Source: Octopus sinensis (lineage: Eukaryota). Taken from it: a stretch of 8,227 nt of DNA. Every line of letters starts with the position of its first letter. The stretch's first letter is position 1. The position numbers and the translations under genes were made by a program. The notes below the pieces were generated by a model. That model searched no databases. It was not told where the DNA came from and was given only the letters and a program-made list of their open reading frames with translations. Positions 6,897 through 8,227 of this stretch are shown here, one piece after another. Location of the stretch: NCBI RefSeq assembly GCF_006345805.1, contig NW_021828514.1, positions 1 to 8,227 on the forward strand. The letters are read 5' to 3'.

Positions 6897-7456
6897 TATA
6901 AAAATACTTGTGGCAATATGGTGCGGTTTAAGAAAGGTGTTTGACTGTATTTCGTATACCATGGTTCCTGTAACCACTGTATATGTCAAAAATACATGTT
7001 TCTCTATTCACCTCCATACAAATGCTTAAACCCAATGCGGTCAGCCGTAAACACTTGTAATTTTGTAACTGAAAGCATGACGATTGTCAAATTTTATAAT
7101 TCTCTGCGTAAGGCTTTGTCCAGACAATATATTTACGCTTGTTTATTTTAGCACGAAATCCAGTTATCGCCCCCAAAAGAATAAAAAAAGAATACAGTGT
7201 TAGAGTGACCTAAAAGAAGCGACCACAACCTCAAGAAAACGAATGAAACTTATGTATAACGAGCAAAACGCCCCTTGTCCAATGGACGGTGCTGAGTTGT
7301 CAAACATTTAAACCAAAATTTCTCAAAACAACTTGTCCGACCGTCCCATAGGCCTCCCCTTTGAGAAACACTGATTTAATCTAAATTTGAGACGCCAGCA
7401 AAAGAAGAAATAAAGATAGACTTTTTTTCTATTCCAAAGACAAACGATTTTATTGA

Positions 7457-7710
7457 CACAAATATGCAACCGAAGAGTTTAAAGTACCAGATAATGATAG
7501 GCGCTTTTGACTGGGAGAACACAAACATGGTTTAAACAGTAAGGTGGCCAGGAAAGACATGTGCCTTTAAACAGTACAAAAACACAAAAAATGGAAGTGT
7601 AGTTATGTACAGGTTGACGGAAGAAAGCAGGACAAAAACGGCTTTATTATCGCATTCTCACCTGGAATCGATTTTGTAATTTTTTCAAGACTTATACACG
7701 CCTTGATATC
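7457..7710 (+). mobile_element. Possible heavily decayed Ty3/Gypsy reverse-transcriptase relic
   Basis: One frame reads KVPDNDRRF*LGEHKHGLNSKVARKD..KCSYVQV (7481-7615), an adjacent frame LTEESRTKTA (7614-7643), then FI..FSRLIHAL. The order echoes Gypsy RT blocks RFCxDxRxLN, GYxQV, LxEESRxKTAF and FQRLM, but it requires stops, frameshifts and deletions. Confidence 0.3.
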
Positions 7711-8227
7711 ATATAAAACAAATTGAAAATCGGATGGAGGATGCCCGAGATCCTAGAAGACACATACACAGGTAGACAAAAAGGATTTTATATAATAGAT
7801 TTCTTTACGTTCTTAAGGTGTAGACTAAAACCTTTCCTCAGTTCCGATAAAGAGATAGCTTTAATAAGAAACATCTACATATTATATAAATGAAGTAACT
7901 GTCTGAAGTAGCTGTTCACCCTTAACAGCCGAAGGCTGTAAAATATTCACATTTCTACATCGACGTCCTCTGTATTTCTCTTGTTCGTACAATGGTTGCT
8001 ACATATAGACTAATATATTTATAGTGTATCATACAAGCTCAGAATCATTCTTTACAAAAAAAAAAAACTAAATCACATGACAGTAAGCGTATATGTCAAT
8101 TAAAGAAAAACAAAAAAAAATTACTAAAAATGGTATACTTATTATTTTCCAAAAAATAAGAAAAGAAAACAGAAACGATTCAATATTGAAGTAATTAGTA
8201 ATTAATAAATGTTTAATTGTCTAATCA

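Noticed and set aside
6454-6906. Target-site duplication around the full-length SINE
   Set aside because: Only ATAAA (5 bp) or a non-adjacent TAAAAATA match was found, which is not significant in AT-rich DNA.
6661-7029. 122-aa ORF, and the 103-aa minus ORF at 6404-6715
   Set aside because: Both lie mostly within the full-length SINE and its microsatellite.

Overview
This is AT-rich eukaryotic DNA with no intact, recognisable protein-coding gene. It is dominated by microsatellites and decayed transposable elements. The repeat content resembles octopus/cephalopod genomes (recalled from memory, not searched). From left to right: (1) a frameshifted CR1/L2-group LINE reverse-transcriptase fragment (1-390, minus strand); (2) long TA, GT, GATA and CA tracts; (3) an orphan tRNA-like SINE head; (4) a GC-richer decayed segment ending in a LINE-like 3' tail; (5) two copies, one long and one internally deleted, of an unclassified element embedded in (ATT)n; (6) an apparently complete DINE-1-like non-autonomous Helentron (HINE, 4177-4523); (7) five tRNA-SINE pieces, including one full-length copy at 6473-6896; (8) a faint Ty3/Gypsy RT-like relic. 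The most interesting non-repeat signal is a set of correctly ordered Pol II elements at about 5320-6455: ETS, YY1 and CRE-like motifs, a splice donor, a branch point with acceptor, a short ORF and AATAAA. Together these suggest an unannotated small two-exon transcript or the 5' end of a gene. Most ORFs in the supplied track are repeat artefacts. I see no CRISPR array, no rRNA and no functional tRNA, and I cannot claim a new biological system from sequence alone.
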